Source of the DNA: Neisseriaceae bacterium
Lineage (GTDB): Bacteria; Pseudomonadota; Gammaproteobacteria; Burkholderiales; Neisseriaceae
Direction of reading: 5' to 3'
NCBI GenBank assembly: GCA_017934045.1
Contig: JAGBKK010000019.1
Coordinates: 1 to 64,000 of the forward strand
Length of the DNA: 64,000 nucleotides
The stretch's first letter is position 1; every line of letters starts with the position of its first letter. Position numbers and translations under genes: made by a program. Under the pieces are notes generated by a model. The model saw nothing but the letters and a program-made list of their open reading frames with translations. It did no database searches and was not told the origin of the DNA. Below, one piece after another: positions 61,904 through 64,000 of the stretch.

Positions 61904-62476
61904 ATGTCCGAGAACAATTTTCAATCGTTTGCCGACCATTTTTTAGTGGCACTGCCCAAAAATGGCTCGTCCTTTTTTTCAGGCAGCGTGGTGTATTTGT
62001 GTGGTCATACACCCAATGGTGCTATGGGTTTGGTGATTAACAAACCTTCGCCCATTCGTATGCGGCAACTGTTAGAAAGCGAAGAAAAGCCTATCCCTAA
62101 ACGCTTTGACGATGTGTGGGTATCGTTAGGCGGCCCTGTGCAAACCGATCGTGGCTTTTTTATTCACACACCAATTGGCAAATGGAACAGCAGTATTATT
62201 GTGAATGACGATATTGCCGTTACTTCGTCTCGTGATATTGTGGCAGGCTTGTTGGCAGATGAACAACAAGAAATCAAAACCATGGCGGCGATTGGCTATT
62301 GTTCGTGGGAAAAAGGACAGTTGGAAAAAGAAATTGCCGAAGATTATTGGTTAATCGCCCCCACCGACCATAACATTCTGTTTGATTTACCTTTTTTCAA
62401 ACGCTATGACGCGGCTTTGCGTTCTTTGGGCGTATCTGCCGCCGTGCGGTTATCAGGGGCAAGCGGTCATGCCTAA
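61904..62476 (+). CDS. yqgE: YqgE/AlgH family protein (UPF0301)
   Basis: FLVALP...GSVVYLCGHTPNGAMGLVINKP is the AlgH signature. 190 aa. Confidence 0.8.
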   Translation: MSENNFQSFADHFLVALPKNGSSFFSGSVVYLCGHTPNGAMGLVINKPSPIRMRQLLESEEKPIPKRFDDVWVSLGGPVQTDRGFFIHTPIGKWNSSIIVNDDIAVTSSRDIVAGLLADEQQEIKTMAAIGYCSWEKGQLEKEIAEDYWLIAPTDHNILFDLPFFKRYDAALRSLGVSAAVRLSGASGHA

Positions 62477-62936
62477 TGAGTGTTCAGGCAGCCTGAAAGG
62501 CAGTGTTTTGGCATTCGATTTTGGACAAATGCGTATTGGCATTGCACAAGGCAATACACACATTGGCATTGCACACCCATTAGACACTATTACAGGCAAA
62601 AATAATCAAGATAAATTCAACAAAATCAAAAAGTTAATCGATGAATGGCAGCCTGATTTTTTAATCGTTGGTAAGCCTTGTCATTTAGACAGCACACCGC
62701 ACGAAATCACACAATTAGCAGAAAAATTTGCTCGCCGCTTGCATACTATTTTCAGGCTGCCTGTGGCTTTGGTTGATGAACGCTTAACTTCGGCTGTTGC
62801 CGAACAACGCTTAACCGAAGCCCAAACTTTCGGCAAAAAACGCAAACAGGCATTAGACCAAGTGGCAGCGATGGAAATTTTACAATCGTTTTTTGACGAT
62901 TGTGCGTGCGATAAAGTGATTGACGGTAAGGATTAA
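62469..62936 (+). CDS. ruvX: Holliday junction resolvase-like protein RuvX (YqgF)
   Basis: GSVLAFDFGQMRIGIAQG (RNase H-like fold start). Overlaps the yqgE stop by 8 nt, as in the conserved yqgE-yqgF pair. Start chosen at MPNECS. Confidence 0.8.
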   Translation: MPNECSGSLKGSVLAFDFGQMRIGIAQGNTHIGIAHPLDTITGKNNQDKFNKIKKLIDEWQPDFLIVGKPCHLDSTPHEITQLAEKFARRLHTIFRLPVALVDERLTSAVAEQRLTEAQTFGKKRKQALDQVAAMEILQSFFDDCACDKVIDGKD

Positions 62937-63043
62937 ATGTTTTTCAAGTAGCAAGCGTAGGCTGGACAACTTGTTGCCCACGCTGAACGGACGCACAAAA
63001 CTCTTTTCAGGCTGCCTGAAAAACTTTTTAAGGAATAAAAAAG

Positions 63044-63979
63044 ATGAAAACTTTTTATCGTGAATTTGCAACATTGATGAATTTTCTTTACTGGTTACCT
63101 ATGTTTATCAGTGTTGTGATTGTTATTGCTCTTTCAACGGTAATTATTTGGTGGGGTGGCGATTATTTTAAAATTAAAAAGATTTATAAAATTATTGCTA
63201 ATGTTATTGCAGTTGCATTAGCCGTTTTTATTATTCCATTGCATTGGACTGTTCCTGCCAAACAAGCACAAGAAAAAAGAATTGTTGAATATAACGAACG
63301 CAAAGAAAAATACGAAGCCGCCAAAGCCGTTTTTGATGAACAATGCAAAAAAGCAGGCGAAAAAATTTATCGCACTGTGGATAATGTTGATGGGGTTATG
63401 CTTTTGAAAGTAAGAGAAGAAAATAAAGAAAATATTTTTGCATTATTAGCAGACCCCATGTGGGACGAAGCGGCTATTACTAATGTTGAATCATCTAACG
63501 GTTCATATATAGGTAGTTTTTTACGCAAATATCGCATTCGTTTTGGAAAGAGAAACGGATATTCTTTTGTTGATGTTTTAAAAGCAGACGGCAGTATTAG
63601 CAGATACTTTGATTACAAAGGACATGATGATATTGATGAAGAGCGGGACGGTGTAATTAAAAATCCGTCTGACCCTGCACGCTATGCCGTAACTTATGAA
63701 TACAATGTTGATCCTGAATTACGCAAACATTGGGTTGCAGGGATTACCATTAAGATTATTGACCGCCAAACCGATGAATTATTGGCAGAAAAAACGATTT
63801 TTTCTTTTGAATCTGGATTAGGCTCAACTGCAACTGCAAGAACCCCATGGTATAACGCCGTACATTGTCCTGAATTGTTGCAACGAACGGAAGACCGTAA
63901 TCCTACTCATGCATTTGCAGTTCAGGTTTTAAAACCCACTCAAATTTTTAACTCATCGTTTAATGGAGACCAAAAATAA
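63044..63979 (+). CDS. hypothetical membrane-anchored protein
   Basis: 311 aa. Two N-terminal TM helices then a soluble domain with no recognisable motifs. AT-rich. Confidence 0.45.
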   Translation: MKTFYREFATLMNFLYWLPMFISVVIVIALSTVIIWWGGDYFKIKKIYKIIANVIAVALAVFIIPLHWTVPAKQAQEKRIVEYNERKEKYEAAKAVFDEQCKKAGEKIYRTVDNVDGVMLLKVREENKENIFALLADPMWDEAAITNVESSNGSYIGSFLRKYRIRFGKRNGYSFVDVLKADGSISRYFDYKGHDDIDEERDGVIKNPSDPARYAVTYEYNVDPELRKHWVAGITIKIIDRQTDELLAEKTIFSFESGLGSTATARTPWYNAVHCPELLQRTEDRNPTHAFAVQVLKPTQIFNSSFNGDQK

Positions 63980-64000
63980 GCAAGCGTAGCGTGGGCAACT

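Overview
This 64-kb window looks like chromosome from a Neisseriaceae species of the Kingella/Simonsiella/Alysiella type. A 15-mer near-palindrome TTCAGGC[A/T]GCCTGAA recurs more than 60 times, on both strands and inside genes. It matches the AG-king/AG-sim dialects of the Neisserial DNA uptake sequence (DUS) at about one copy per kb. The backbone is housekeeping genes: argC, dinG, mutL, ribE, scpA, xerD, dut, nadD, rbsK, pilT-pilU, yggS, fabI, purC, rluB, uvrC, guaB, dnaN-dnaA, dsbC, metE, yqgE-ruvX. Interspersed are several AT-rich segments that lack the DUS and look horizontally acquired. (i) An ImmA/IrrE metalloprotease plus a small membrane protein (17.0-17.9 kb). (ii) An IS1595/IS1016-like element with perfect 24-bp inverted repeats (IRs) and an 8-bp target site duplication (TSD), sitting next to a NalP-like subtilisin autotransporter (20.0-24.3 kb). 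(iii) A Sel1-lipoprotein / acyltransferase / PAP2 / PEP-utilising phosphotransferase island (28.6-34.0 kb). (iv) A complete type I secretion (T1SS) locus in the order hlyB - small membrane protein - 1150-aa RTX calcium-binding protein - hlyD - tolC (41.8-51.1 kb), bracketed by a 29-bp direct repeat that contains a DUS. After it come a TbpB/fHbp-like surface lipoprotein and a meso-diaminopimelate dehydrogenase. Three families of small intergenic repeats are present: a Correia-like MITE, a CCCCTACAAAAC-TIR MITE, and a GTGGGCAAC..GTTGCCCAC palindromic repeat. A (TA)10 tract sits over the promoter spacer of a flotillin gene. The RTX gene carries about 94% identical 287-bp internal direct repeats. 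Many rho-independent terminators are built from inverted DUS pairs. No rRNA, tRNA or CRISPR array was seen.
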